DNA of 64,000 nt from an uncultured Spirochaetia bacterium (GTDB lineage: Bacteria > Spirochaetota > JAHITG01 > CAZBCL01): the NCBI GenBank assembly GCA_964490645.1, contig CAZBCL010000002.1, forward strand, positions 191,445-255,444, written 5' to 3'. The translations under genes and the position numbers were made by a program. The notes beneath the pieces are model-generated. The model was not told the DNA's origin. It worked only from the letters and a program-made list of their open reading frames with translations, and made no database searches. This document shows, piece after piece, positions 19,903-30,098 of this stretch. Within the stretch, counting starts at the first letter, position 1, and each line of letters starts with the position of its first letter.

Positions 19903-22347
19903 ATGAAAACATTATTTTCAAAACATACCTCTTTCGGAAAACATATTCATACCGTTTATCATGCTATGGGTATTCAAACCGTAATCGGAAGAATATCACG
20001 CTTTTTCTTTCGTAACCCTCAATACGTTCGATTTAGTATTCTCGGTGCTGCAGTAATCACTCTTTGTATTGTTATTATTGCCATGAATACCACTCCCTCG
20101 CTTGAAGAATTATTCATTCAATATGAACAGCGAAATTATACCGATACCATTGAAATAGCACGAAAATTAAACATTTCTGATATTCAGCGTCCGGAAGTTT
20201 CATTTATTCTTGCCCGTGCATATGAGAAATCCGGTCATCCCGAACAGGCGGCATCCTTCTATAAAAACGCCGCTGCAGCTCGTTCTGCTATTCAGCCTTA
20301 TGCACAATTGCGCTACGCCGCACAACTGGTACACGCGGGAAAATATACTGATGCGGAAAAAGTTTTTAAATCATTGCGCCGTAACGATAATTTGTATATA
20401 GCTCTTGAAAGCAGCAGACTTCAAGCATTAACAGCTCTCAGCAATAATAATGACGCTGCTGCAGAATCATTCATCACAACCGCGATGGAATTATTTGAAA
20501 AGGCTAAAAAAGTCTTTCCTAAACGAATATTTCAGATAACATTTTCAGGAACATATTATAGTGAATTACGAATGATTGCCTATACGGCAGCACTGCGGCA
20601 AAACAAGTATTCTAATGCCGCACAATATGCAAAAGAAGTTATACGCCGATTTAAAGGCACCGCTGATGCGAGAAAATCACTTGATAATCTCATTGCACTT
20701 GAAAAAAAAACCGGCATACCGTATTGTGCCTCACCTGAAGACAGCTATACTATCGCAAAAACTGCACTCACCCTAAAGCGCTATACTAATGCTGTTGCAT
20801 ATGCTGCAACAACTTTGCAAAAACATACAATATCCGATACATTAAAATACAAAGCTCTTTCTGTACAATACACGGCATATTTAAAAATAAATAAACTATC
20901 CGAAGCAGTGAAAGTTGCTCAGCGTGTAAAAAAAATACCGGGGAAATCATTTACCGCACGCGGTATCGTTATGCTTGCAACACTGAAACCCCGCCGCGAA
21001 TCGCAGACACTGTATTATGAGGTAATAAAAAAATATCCGCGCACCTATGCCGCGCTTGATGCCGCTGCACGATTAATAAATAATAACGTAAAAAAATCAA
21101 ATTATACAGAAGCATATCGTATCGCAGCAGCTATTCTCACGTATCATGCTGACAATACGGAACTGGCACGTTCTGCACTGCTTGCCGTACTACGTATATA
21201 TGAACAAAAAAAATATTCAGACTGCATTCCACAATTAATTACGCTGAGTAAATACTCCTCTATTGCGCCGGCTGCACTGTACCGGCTGGGTCGTTCTTTT
21301 GAACACATCAAACAGCCCGGTGAAGCTTCATCATACTATTATATGATACTGTCACGACACCCCGATTCATTTTATTATTGGCCGGCAATGGATCGCTACC
21401 GTGAATGCATTGCACTCACTGCTGATGAAAAAAAAGAGTCTGAAGCGACGGCACACGGTTTGTATAGCCATAAGGATTGGAAACAAGCCGCATATGCATA
21501 TATGAAATTATTCTATTCCGTCTCTAACAGCCACGACCAAAAACGGTATCGAAGCGCCATTCGTGAATGCTTACGTAAATTGAAACCATATCAATTATTT
21601 TATGATACAACAATACAACCGCTGAACTCAAAAAAAAATAAAGACTTTAAAGCTGTTGAAATGTTTTATTCAGCCCATGAATCATATTATGGTGAAATTG
21701 CACTCGGTGTTTATAGTATAAACAATAAGTATGCTACGCAAACAAACCGGCTTGCACGAGCACGTTTTTATTCGCTGTATGGTCATACCGGCAGAGCCGT
21801 TCGATGCTATGAAGCAATGACATGGCATCTTAACGATGACCCCTGTCTTCATTTTTTACCCCGTTCCTTTATAACCAACCTGTATCCAATACCCTATTCG
21901 CATTACGTTTCGCTTTCATGCCGGCGACATAATCTTGACCGGCGATTTGTATATGCGATTATGCGGCAGGAAAGTTATTATATTCCGTCAGTACGCTCAT
22001 ATGCAAATGCATGCGGTTTAATGCAGGTTATTCCAACTACCTACTCATTTATTCGTAAAAACAATGCTTTTATGAAAAACAGTTCTGATAACATTTATGA
22101 CATTGAGCAAAATATCGAAGCAGGAACATGGTATCTGGGTGATATGATGAAAGAGTTTAAGCGAGATATTACACTTACCGCGATGGGATATAATGCCGGA
22201 CCGGGGCGTCCGCGACAATGGCGTAAAACATTTCCAAGCAGCGATCCGTATCTTCTAATGGAATTTGTCCCCCTGCAGCAGCCGCGGTATTATACAAAAA
22301 AAGTGTATTACTATTACCGAATTTATCAAATGCTGTATCCAAAATAA
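19903..22347 (+). CDS. Soluble lytic transglycosylase (TPR-like helical repeats plus SLT domain)
   Basis: C-terminal AIMRQES (catalytic Glu), GLMQVIP and YNAGPG; N-terminal transmembrane segment. Confidence 0.9.
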   Translation: MKTLFSKHTSFGKHIHTVYHAMGIQTVIGRISRFFFRNPQYVRFSILGAAVITLCIVIIAMNTTPSLEELFIQYEQRNYTDTIEIARKLNISDIQRPEVSFILARAYEKSGHPEQAASFYKNAAAARSAIQPYAQLRYAAQLVHAGKYTDAEKVFKSLRRNDNLYIALESSRLQALTALSNNNDAAAESFITTAMELFEKAKKVFPKRIFQITFSGTYYSELRMIAYTAALRQNKYSNAAQYAKEVIRRFKGTADARKSLDNLIALEKKTGIPYCASPEDSYTIAKTALTLKRYTNAVAYAATTLQKHTISDTLKYKALSVQYTAYLKINKLSEAVKVAQRVKKIPGKSFTARGIVMLATLKPRRESQTLYYEVIKKYPRTYAALDAAARLINNNVKKSNYTEAYRIAAAILTYHADNTELARSALLAVLRIYEQKKYSDCIPQLITLSKYSSIAPAALYRLGRSFEHIKQPGEASSYYYMILSRHPDSFYYWPAMDRYRECIALTADEKKESEATAHGLYSHKDWKQAAYAYMKLFYSVSNSHDQKRYRSAIRECLRKLKPYQLFYDTTIQPLNSKKNKDFKAVEMFYSAHESYYGEIALGVYSINNKYATQTNRLARARFYSLYGHTGRAVRCYEAMTWHLNDDPCLHFLPRSFITNLYPIPYSHYVSLSCRRHNLDRRFVYAIMRQESYYIPSVRSYANACGLMQVIPTTYSFIRKNNAFMKNSSDNIYDIEQNIEAGTWYLGDMMKEFKRDITLTAMGYNAGPGRPRQWRKTFPSSDPYLLMEFVPLQQPRYYTKKVYYYYRIYQMLYPK

Positions 22348-22382
22348 ATGGGTTTTGAATAGATACCCGGTATATTTTTCTC

Positions 22383-22410
22383 TTGTACTTTGTCGATTTT
22401 CTGATATTCT
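22383..22410 (+). promoter_or_regulatory. Sigma70-type promoter, leaderless geometry
   Basis: TTGTAC-16-TATTCT with an extended TGn, 6 nt before ATG 22417; no SD. Confidence 0.45.
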
Positions 22411-22416
22411 TTTATT

Positions 22417-23055
22417 ATGAACGATGATCGGAATAATATCCCTGACAGCAGCTCACAAAACAATGATTCCATAAAAGAACAATCATCGCCGCTTGATGAG
22501 CTTGAAGCACTGGAACAAAAAGAAACACAGACGAAAGCAGCACTGACCCCGGCTGAACGTGAACAGCATCGCCGACGGCAATGGCAGCGAACGCAGGAAG
22601 CACTGCTTGCCCGACGACGTGAAGAAATAAATGCGCATGAGTTTATCATTACCCTTCCCAAAAAAAAGCATTCTATCAGATGGCTGCAACGCTTATTTGT
22701 TGCCGCCCTATATTCACTCTGTGCATTATTAGCGATTCATATCAATATTGCCAATATGGTATATTATTCCGGTATACTCATCATGCCGGCAGTAAAAATA
22801 TATCATTATTTTAAAAGCTCAACTGATCATATCGGCACAATGCTCGTCAGCGGAATATCGGTTATTTTTCATAACGCTCTGTACCACGAATTATTTGGTC
22901 TGTATTTTTGGATTCTTAGCTATTATTTTATCGTTTTTGCAGTTTTACTTCTCTTGAGCGGCGCGCTGAAAAAACAGCGCTATAAATTTATTACCGGATA
23001 TATTATTGTTATTTTTGTTATACATTTGTTATTGTATATTAATCTCTTTTTGTAA
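22417..23055 (+). CDS. Hypothetical membrane protein (charged N-terminus, about 4-5 transmembrane segments)
   Basis: Hydrophilic first ~90 aa followed by hydrophobic segments. Confidence 0.7.
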   Translation: MNDDRNNIPDSSSQNNDSIKEQSSPLDELEALEQKETQTKAALTPAEREQHRRRQWQRTQEALLARRREEINAHEFIITLPKKKHSIRWLQRLFVAALYSLCALLAIHINIANMVYYSGILIMPAVKIYHYFKSSTDHIGTMLVSGISVIFHNALYHELFGLYFWILSYYFIVFAVLLLLSGALKKQRYKFITGYIIVIFVIHLLLYINLFL

Positions 23056-23096
23056 TACACTCCTATAATGATATTTGTTTTCCTGAAAATCCGGTC

Positions 23097-23125
23097 TTGC
23101 CGTTTAAACAAGAATCCGCTATACT
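23097..23125 (+). promoter_or_regulatory. Sigma70-type promoter for metF
   Basis: TTGCCG-17-TATACT, about 108 nt before the metF ATG. Confidence 0.5.
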
Positions 23126-23233
23126 TTACGACAGAAACGGGAAATAGAGGAATTGTATAATACTGCTGTCTTTATTAATCCCGTATGATACCTATTATTA
23201 TGGTATTATAAAAATTGTAATTGAGTATATAGT

Positions 23234-24223
23234 ATGCATATAATTGACATTTATAAACAACGGCAACCAACCATGTTCAAGGAATCACCGCCGGTACTTT
23301 CCATTGAAGTTATGCCGCCGCGAAACGGCGGACATATTAATCAACTTTATGAAACGATTGAACATCTCATCCCATTTGGTATACGATACGTCAGTGTTAC
23401 ACACGGCGCAGGAGGAAATCTCCGCGGCGGAACCGTTGCCATCGCAGCGCTTATTAATGAGCGTTATCCGATTGAAGTATTAGCACATCTGACGGTCATC
23501 AGCGCTTCAAAACAGGAAATTGAGAATAATCTGATTACACTCCATTATCTTGGCATCAACAACCTTCTTGCATTACGGGGTGATGTTCCGTACGGTGAAA
23601 ATGAAGACACAATCATTAAACAATCGGATTATCAGTATGCATACCGATTAATGGAAAAAATCACCGAAACGAATCAGGGGCATTATATGTTGCGCCAATC
23701 GGATATTGAATTTAAGAATGTTGCAGAGAATGCACATTATTATCAGGGCACGCAAACCGATTTTTCATTTGCCGGCGCTTGTTACCCTGAATGCCATAAA
23801 GGAATGGGAACAATTGATCGTGAGATTGAGTATTTAAAACGTAAATGTGATGCCGGAGCTGAGTTTTTTTTAACACAAATGTTTTTTAACAACGAACACT
23901 ATTGGCGGTTTCTTGATAAGGCCGTTGCAAAAGGAATTACACAACCGATTATTCCGGGACTCAAACCCCTTGCTTCCGCGCATAATGCTGCATTTATACA
24001 AAAAATGTTTCATTGCGAAATACCGCCACCATTACTCGCTGCATTAGAAAAACATGCCAATGATACAGCTGCTTGCCGTCAGATCGGCATTGAACATACG
24101 ATACGACAATGTGAGGATTTACTCGATAAAGATACACCGGGGCTGCATTTCTATACGATGAATAAAGATACTCAAATTACAGCCGTTTTGCGTGCGCTGC
24201 AAACCGCGGGATACATTGTTTAA
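23234..24223 (+). CDS. metF: Methylenetetrahydrofolate reductase
   Basis: Motifs SIEVMPP, SVTHGAGG, AHLT, LALRGD, YPE, FLTQMFF, PGLKP and LHFYTMN. Confidence 0.93.
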   Translation: MHIIDIYKQRQPTMFKESPPVLSIEVMPPRNGGHINQLYETIEHLIPFGIRYVSVTHGAGGNLRGGTVAIAALINERYPIEVLAHLTVISASKQEIENNLITLHYLGINNLLALRGDVPYGENEDTIIKQSDYQYAYRLMEKITETNQGHYMLRQSDIEFKNVAENAHYYQGTQTDFSFAGACYPECHKGMGTIDREIEYLKRKCDAGAEFFLTQMFFNNEHYWRFLDKAVAKGITQPIIPGLKPLASAHNAAFIQKMFHCEIPPPLLAALEKHANDTAACRQIGIEHTIRQCEDLLDKDTPGLHFYTMNKDTQITAVLRALQTAGYIV

Positions 24224-24269
24224 TAGAATTATTTGACTATTTACACTTTATCAACATAAACGATATACG

Positions 24270-25028
24270 TTATATAAGCCCGAATATTCTTCGTGCATTT
24301 GCATCCGTTGCACGTTCTAATTCATCGCGCGTAATACTGCGCTGATCAGCAAGAAATTGTGCGGTATGCATAACATACGCAGGCTCATTTGGTTTTCCGC
24401 GATGCGGGACGGGGGTCAGATAGGGGGAATCCGTCTCAACTAATAAACGATCAAGCGGGACACTATTCGCAGAATCCGTTAATGACCGGTTGTACGTTAT
24501 ATTTCCCGCAAACGAAATATATGCGCCGATATCAAGCAGTTTTCTCGTCCATTCCGCATCAACCGAATTACAGTGCACAACAATACCGCCGGGGGGTAAT
24601 AGTGCACAAAGCCGTGCATATACATCATCAATTGACTCACGATTATGAATAACGACCGGCAGCTGACACTCATGTGCAATAATAAGCTGAGCATCAAATA
24701 GTTTTCGCTGATTCTCATAATCAGAATAATGACGATAATAATCTAATCCGATTTCACCGATAGCAACAACGTTTGGCGAATCAAGCTGATTTTCAATACG
24801 CTGTATATCTTCACGGGAAACCCTATCCGCCTCATGCGGGTGCAAGCCAACAGTATAAAAGACACTATGATGCCGTTGTGCTATCTCACCGGATTTCAAG
24901 TTTGACGCAGTGTCAACCGATACTTGAATTATAGTATGAACACCTGCTTCATGCGCACGAGCAATAACAGCATCCTGTTCTTCAGGATCATTGCTGATTA
25001 AATCAAGATGGGCATGTGTATCAATCAT
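24270..25028 (-). CDS. tatD: TatD family hydrolase
   Basis: MIDTHAHL, GLHPH, GEIGLDY, IHNRE and ETDSPYL; start set at MIDTH. Confidence 0.95.
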   Translation of the reverse strand: MIDTHAHLDLISNDPEEQDAVIARAHEAGVHTIIQVSVDTASNLKSGEIAQRHHSVFYTVGLHPHEADRVSREDIQRIENQLDSPNVVAIGEIGLDYYRHYSDYENQRKLFDAQLIIAHECQLPVVIHNRESIDDVYARLCALLPPGGIVVHCNSVDAEWTRKLLDIGAYISFAGNITYNRSLTDSANSVPLDRLLVETDSPYLTPVPHRGKPNEPAYVMHTAQFLADQRSITRDELERATDANARRIFGLI

Positions 25029-25036
25029 GATATAAA

Positions 25037-25065
25037 ACGGTATACAGAGCATGCTGCCTTGTCAA
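25037..25065 (-). promoter_or_regulatory. Sigma70-type promoter of tatD, leaderless geometry
   Basis: Minus-strand TTGACA-17-TACCGT, 8 nt before the ATG; no SD. Confidence 0.55.
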
Positions 25066-25097
25066 GACATACTTATCATGTTCTAAGAGGGCTCTTA

Positions 25098-25126
25098 TTG
25101 ACAAACGCACAAATGCTGATTACTCT
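25098..25126 (+). promoter_or_regulatory. Sigma70-type promoter of the M23 peptidase gene
   Basis: TTGACA-17-TACTCT, back to back with the tatD promoter. Confidence 0.55.
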
Positions 25127-25170
25127 GTATCGTATATTAACGTGTTTTTATACACTGAAAGAGCTGAATA

Positions 25171-26178
25171 ATGGCGGATGAACATTCACACAATAACGAG
25201 ACGAACTCATTCTATACACGTTTCCGCACATGGTGGAAAAATTTTCTTAAACAGGGACGTGAACATTTAACAATAATGCTTGTCCCGCATAATGAACAAT
25301 CTATCATTAATTTTCAAATATCCCGATTCGCTATATATTTTATCATTATGGTTATCAGTATACTTCTTATTCTGTCGTTTTTCACCCTTGCCGGATACAA
25401 AACAACACGCCGTAAGTTTTCAAAACTTAAAACGAAAGAGCTTGATGTTAAGACTCTGGAAAAATACTATGATAAAAGTATTAATACTGTTGATCGACAT
25501 ATGGATGAATTGAAAAAAAGAATCGAACATCTTGCGATATTAGCGGAGTTTTCATCGAGCGGTGATATATGGGGTCAAGGCGGTTCATCCGAAGAAAACA
25601 TAACTGACATTTCAAATATTAATATTACAACACTCAATCTCATGGAAATAGAACAGTTTACCCGCGACCTGCAAACGATAAACTTTTATGTCAAACGCCT
25701 TGAAACATATCTGAATAAAAAGCACGATATTGTTTTTGAAATCCCCGCTCTCTGGCCGGTCCCTGATGGGGGGCATATAACCAGTGGTTATGGTTACCGA
25801 AAGAATCCGTTTAATGCAAAAAAAATTGAATTTCATTCGGGTTTGGATATTGCCGGAATGCCGGGATCGCCGATAATCGCAACAGCAGATGGAAGAGTAG
25901 AATATGTCGGTTATAACGGCGGATATGGCAATACCGTGCGCATCCGTCATAAATACGGGTTTTGTACGATCTATGCGCATCTCAGCCGCGCTAAAGTTCA
26001 TGCCGGGCAACTGATTAAGCGCGGCGATACTATTGGTCTGCTGGGTTCCAGCGGTCGTTCAACCGGTGCACATCTGCACTATGAAGTACGTATTGGAAAT
26101 AAATGCTTCAATCCAAGCGATTATATTTTTCGTGCAACACTGGATGAATACAGTTATATCCCCCCCTCACATAAATAA
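25171..26178 (+). CDS. Membrane-anchored M23 family peptidase (coiled coil plus catalytic domain)
   Basis: Transmembrane segment near the N-terminus; HSGLD (HxxxD), YAHL and HLHYEV (HxH). Confidence 0.92.
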   Translation: MADEHSHNNETNSFYTRFRTWWKNFLKQGREHLTIMLVPHNEQSIINFQISRFAIYFIIMVISILLILSFFTLAGYKTTRRKFSKLKTKELDVKTLEKYYDKSINTVDRHMDELKKRIEHLAILAEFSSSGDIWGQGGSSEENITDISNINITTLNLMEIEQFTRDLQTINFYVKRLETYLNKKHDIVFEIPALWPVPDGGHITSGYGYRKNPFNAKKIEFHSGLDIAGMPGSPIIATADGRVEYVGYNGGYGNTVRIRHKYGFCTIYAHLSRAKVHAGQLIKRGDTIGLLGSSGRSTGAHLHYEVRIGNKCFNPSDYIFRATLDEYSYIPPSHK

Positions 26179-26197
26179 TCATTCCAAAATCATTCAC

Positions 26198-26226
26198 TTG
26201 CAAAGTTCTCCCCATATTGATAGTAT
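26198..26226 (+). promoter_or_regulatory. Sigma70-type promoter of bactofilin, leaderless geometry
   Basis: TTGCAA-17-TAGTAT with an extended TGn, 8 nt before ATG 26235. Confidence 0.55.
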
Positions 26227-26234
26227 TTTCAATT

Positions 26235-26834
26235 ATGACAAAACACATACATGAACATGATCATCTCATCAACTCGATTATCGGTTGCAATGCACAGTTA
26301 CGCGGTGAACTAACGATTGAAAAAGGGGTATTACGCATAGATGGAACTGTACACGGGACACTGCGTATTTACGGTAAAGTAATTGTCAGTGCAACCGGTA
26401 TTGTCAATACAGATATTATTGCTAATGAAGTTATTATTGGTGGAGAAGTATACGGGAACATTTATGCTGTACGAATGGTCCGGCTTTTAAAGCCATGCAC
26501 TCTTCATGGCAATATTGTAACCGGACATCTGCATATTGATGATGGTGTATCTTTCAACGGCAATTGTACAATACAGAATGATATCACCTATGAACGTCTG
26601 CTGGAAGCACTGCACCAGTATACACCGCCGCATAAGCATGACCGCACAGGAACAGCTGCAAATAATTCGCCTGTTGAACAAAACCATTCGGTTCTGAATG
26701 CAAAAAACGGGACAACTCATCCTGCCGTGCAACACCGGCAGTCTCATCGAACATATCACACAACATGTATCGCATCTATGCATAATAAATATTATCACTT
26801 GTATACCCGAACGGCACATCGTCCATTATATTAA
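26235..26834 (+). CDS. Bactofilin (polymer-forming cytoskeletal protein) with a His-rich tail
   Basis: SIIG...LRIDG...GKVIV...VIIGGEVYGNI...LHGNI...LHIDDGVSFNGNC beta-helix pattern; located downstream of an M23 peptidase gene. Confidence 0.9.
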   Translation: MTKHIHEHDHLINSIIGCNAQLRGELTIEKGVLRIDGTVHGTLRIYGKVIVSATGIVNTDIIANEVIIGGEVYGNIYAVRMVRLLKPCTLHGNIVTGHLHIDDGVSFNGNCTIQNDITYERLLEALHQYTPPHKHDRTGTAANNSPVEQNHSVLNAKNGTTHPAVQHRQSHRTYHTTCIASMHNKYYHLYTRTAHRPLY

Positions 26835-27145
26835 ATAGTACTTTCGACACTGAATATTAAACTGTTCGCACTCAGCATACAAAACCATTCATTACTGAAA
26901 ACACCACTCTCATTTTTGAGATCCGGCGACTCCGGTATTTGTACACGAATACTATTGTAATACGCCGACAGCCGACACTGCTCTACTTCAGTATACAAAT
27001 ATACAATAAATACTGCACAATCACTGCACTGCACATGTCTAAAAAGAAATGAGAACCATGATATGCAAAACACATACGAGCGACAATAAATGGATAGATG
27101 GACCAATACTCTTGACAGAAAAGAATAATACATAATACTATTTCT

Positions 27146-27967
27146 ATGCACTATCGAACGAACATAATTTCACTCTTCTGGAGCATAATATTCATTGTTT
27201 GCGGATTTATATCCTTCTCATACGGCACGGAAGATATCCCGCCATATATTGATTACCGTACGCAATCAGCTGATATTAATCACTCCTCAGCAGTAGTGTC
27301 AAACAAAAACATTAAAAGTGTTCATACGTCATTACCCGCCGTGCAGACACTTTTAAATACCGCGTATCCCTCTCCCTGCACAGCCGCTTACGGTCCGAAC
27401 ATCGCCGTCATCGGTGATTCAATAACAGCGGATAATACGTATGTTACTTGGCTGAATAGGTTATGCTCCAAATGTCAATTTGATAATTATGGCGTTAATG
27501 GTGAAACAACAACAAAGATACGACAACGTTTACGTGTGTATGAAGGAGATAAACGCAAAAAGCAGATTAATCTTGCCGTTTATAATCAAATTATTATTTT
27601 AGCGGGCATTAATAATATTACTGACCCTGAAACGGTTATGCGTGATTTACAAGCAATGTATGATCTTGCGCATCGATACCATGTACGTGTTATTGCACTG
27701 ACATTACCGCCATGGAAAGGCTATCATACATGGAGCCGACGAAAACAACGTAATACCGATTCTATCAATACATGGATTCGGTCATATCCGAGAGGTGTCG
27801 ATGTTGTCGTTGATATTTATTCTCTGCTTGAAGACCCGCATACACCGGATATGCTCAACAGACGATTTCAGAATGGTGATAAACTGCATCCACGCGGTGA
27901 TGGACAATATCTTATTGCCCGTGCAATTCTTGCAGCAGCATTTACCGATCCAATGCCGCACCGCTGA
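27146..27967 (+). CDS. Exported SGNH/GDSL hydrolase
   Basis: Blocks IGDSIT, GVNG, AGIN and DKLHP; signal peptide. Confidence 0.88.
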   Translation: MHYRTNIISLFWSIIFIVCGFISFSYGTEDIPPYIDYRTQSADINHSSAVVSNKNIKSVHTSLPAVQTLLNTAYPSPCTAAYGPNIAVIGDSITADNTYVTWLNRLCSKCQFDNYGVNGETTTKIRQRLRVYEGDKRKKQINLAVYNQIIILAGINNITDPETVMRDLQAMYDLAHRYHVRVIALTLPPWKGYHTWSRRKQRNTDSINTWIRSYPRGVDVVVDIYSLLEDPHTPDMLNRRFQNGDKLHPRGDGQYLIARAILAAAFTDPMPHR

Positions 27968-28219
27968 TATATACCCACCGGCAACCGTTCCGCACATAAG
28001 TAAAAATAATGAGATATACAAACCTCTCATTTACTATTGCAATAAAACAATGATGTATATTAATACCGATACTCCGGTACATTCATCGCACGTATTAATG
28101 AGATTTGTTTTAATGGGTGTATTTATTTTCAGTTAAGCCCAACAGGCAGCAGGGGCGATGCACTAAAATATATAACACATGATTATCGTACGTCATACGC
28201 AAGAGATAAAAGCATCGTA

Positions 28220-29152
28220 CTAATCCATACGCCATGGTCGAAACAAATATGAAAGTCCGCGTTTTTCTTTCGGAATATCAATATCCTCATCATATTTTTT
28301 AAGTAAAAACCGAACAACATTTTGATTTAGATTCGCTCCAAATAATACGGTATAAATACCAATTGTAATTATCGGAGCGCTGATAAATATAAGAGCAGCC
28401 GCCTGCATAAGCATTAAAAAAATGCTTAAAAATGGTGCGGCAAGTACTAACAGTAATGACTGATAAACTGCTTTGCCGAGTGTATATGCAGGGAAATCGG
28501 TTTTCCCTGTTTTTACCGTATCAGTATGTGATTGCTCAGGTATATCGGCATAGACCCGTTCAAGTGCTTTCTTTCGGTTGATAGGATCACGCCAAATTAA
28601 CAGCGGCAGCACATAGCGCCCCGAAAGCAGTAAAACCATAATAATTATCATCAGCCCGACATTTACCATAGCAGCAACAAAGTATGGAATACTGCTGCTG
28701 CCCAGCATTAATTGTGCGATAAATAAATCAATAGTAAAAAACGAGAACAGCCCCATATAAACAAACATGAAGCCCAACCCGCGCAATGCATAGCGTTTAA
28801 ATCCTTCCCAATAAACATGCAGCCGCGGTGGTTCATAATGCCGCTGCATGGTATCCCATACAAAATAATGCAGTGCAGCACTCCAAGGACCATGAAAAAT
28901 AATTATCAATAAATTTCCGTTAACCAGCATTAATATCAGGAACGGAAATAATGCCGTTAGTGATCCTGAAGGAGCATTATTAAATATCGCAAAAATATCA
29001 TCAGGCACATTATATATAAAATAAAAATCAAAAAACACTACTGCAATAATAAACGGCAGAGCGCATAAAAACCAATATAATGCAGCATGCAGATATCGCC
29101 CGATGTTATCATAACAATTCCAAAACCATACCTTCAATAGTGTTGTAAACAT
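28220..29152 (-). CDS. Multi-pass membrane protein (possibly DUF624/YesL-like)
   Basis: Several hydrophobic segments; follows PSP1 in the operon. The family assignment is tentative. Confidence 0.65.
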   Translation of the reverse strand: MFTTLLKVWFWNCYDNIGRYLHAALYWFLCALPFIIAVVFFDFYFIYNVPDDIFAIFNNAPSGSLTALFPFLILMLVNGNLLIIIFHGPWSAALHYFVWDTMQRHYEPPRLHVYWEGFKRYALRGLGFMFVYMGLFSFFTIDLFIAQLMLGSSSIPYFVAAMVNVGLMIIIMVLLLSGRYVLPLLIWRDPINRKKALERVYADIPEQSHTDTVKTGKTDFPAYTLGKAVYQSLLLVLAAPFLSIFLMLMQAAALIFISAPIITIGIYTVLFGANLNQNVVRFLLKKYDEDIDIPKEKRGLSYLFRPWRMD

Positions 29153-29171
29153 TTAAATATGTATCCGTTTA

Positions 29172-30098
29172 TTATTGTAATTTATCAACCGGCACCTCAA
29201 CCCCATGCCCGGAAGTATCCGGCAGTTCGATACGAACGGTTCCTTTAATAACATTCCAACCAACAACCTGTCCTTCAAGTGTTTCAGGGTCAACTTTTGT
29301 TGCAGTATCAGAAATGATAGTGTCTGAAAGAAATCGAACCGTTGTTCCGATACGCGGCATCCCTTTTCGGCATTCACGATACGTATCATTTTCATATTGC
29401 AGACAACATAACAAACGCCCGCAATTGCCTGATATTTTGGATGAATTAAGAGAAAGATCCTGATCTTTCGCCATGCGAATGGATATCGGGTGGAAATGTC
29501 GAATATATAACGAACAGCATTGTTCATGTCCGCATACCCCACAGCCGCCTAATATTGCGGCTTCATCACGTGCTCCGATTTGTCGCAGTTCAATACGAGA
29601 ATGAAATTCGGAAGCAAGATCACGAACAAGATCGCGAAAATCAACTCGATGTTCCGAAGTAAAATAAAAAAGGATTTTATTTTCATCAAAAAGATACCGG
29701 ACATTGGAAAGATTCATATCAAGCCCATGCTTTTTAATTTTCTCACGAGTTGTTTTATATGCCCATGCAGATTTTTTTTCATTTGCACGAATTGTTTCAA
29801 GATCCTCATGCGTCGCTAAACGAACAACCGGGCGAATGTCTTTTTCAACAATCGGGCAAAGTGACATATCAGTACATATCTTTTCGATTTTCCCTGCATC
29901 ATGACCAAATTCAGAGTTCACTATAATTATCTGACCAATTTTAAACTGCAGCGAACCGGAACGGTAATAACTTATTTTTGATTCTCCGATGAGACGTACT
30001 GCAACAATGTTTTTTAGTTTCGATGAAGATGCTTTCGATGATGAAGAAACGTCTGTTTTTGCCGCGTTTATCGTTTTGTTCTTTTCATTATGTGACAT
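29172..30098 (-). CDS. PSP1/RicT (YaaT) domain protein
   Basis: RVDFRDLVRDLA...RIELRQIGARDEA, CGVCG..CC and CGRLLCCL..E. Confidence 0.92.
   Translation of the reverse strand: MSHNEKNKTINAAKTDVSSSSKASSSKLKNIVAVRLIGESKISYYRSGSLQFKIGQIIIVNSEFGHDAGKIEKICTDMSLCPIVEKDIRPVVRLATHEDLETIRANEKKSAWAYKTTREKIKKHGLDMNLSNVRYLFDENKILFYFTSEHRVDFRDLVRDLASEFHSRIELRQIGARDEAAILGGCGVCGHEQCCSLYIRHFHPISIRMAKDQDLSLNSSKISGNCGRLLCCLQYENDTYRECRKGMPRIGTTVRFLSDTIISDTATKVDPETLEGQVVGWNVIKGTVRIELPDTSGHGVEVPVDKLQ

Noticed and set aside
26831-27151. 106-aa minus-strand ORF between bactofilin and the SGNH gene
   Set aside because: It is antisense across the SGNH promoter region, Cys/Ser/Phe-rich and without motifs, so probably spurious.
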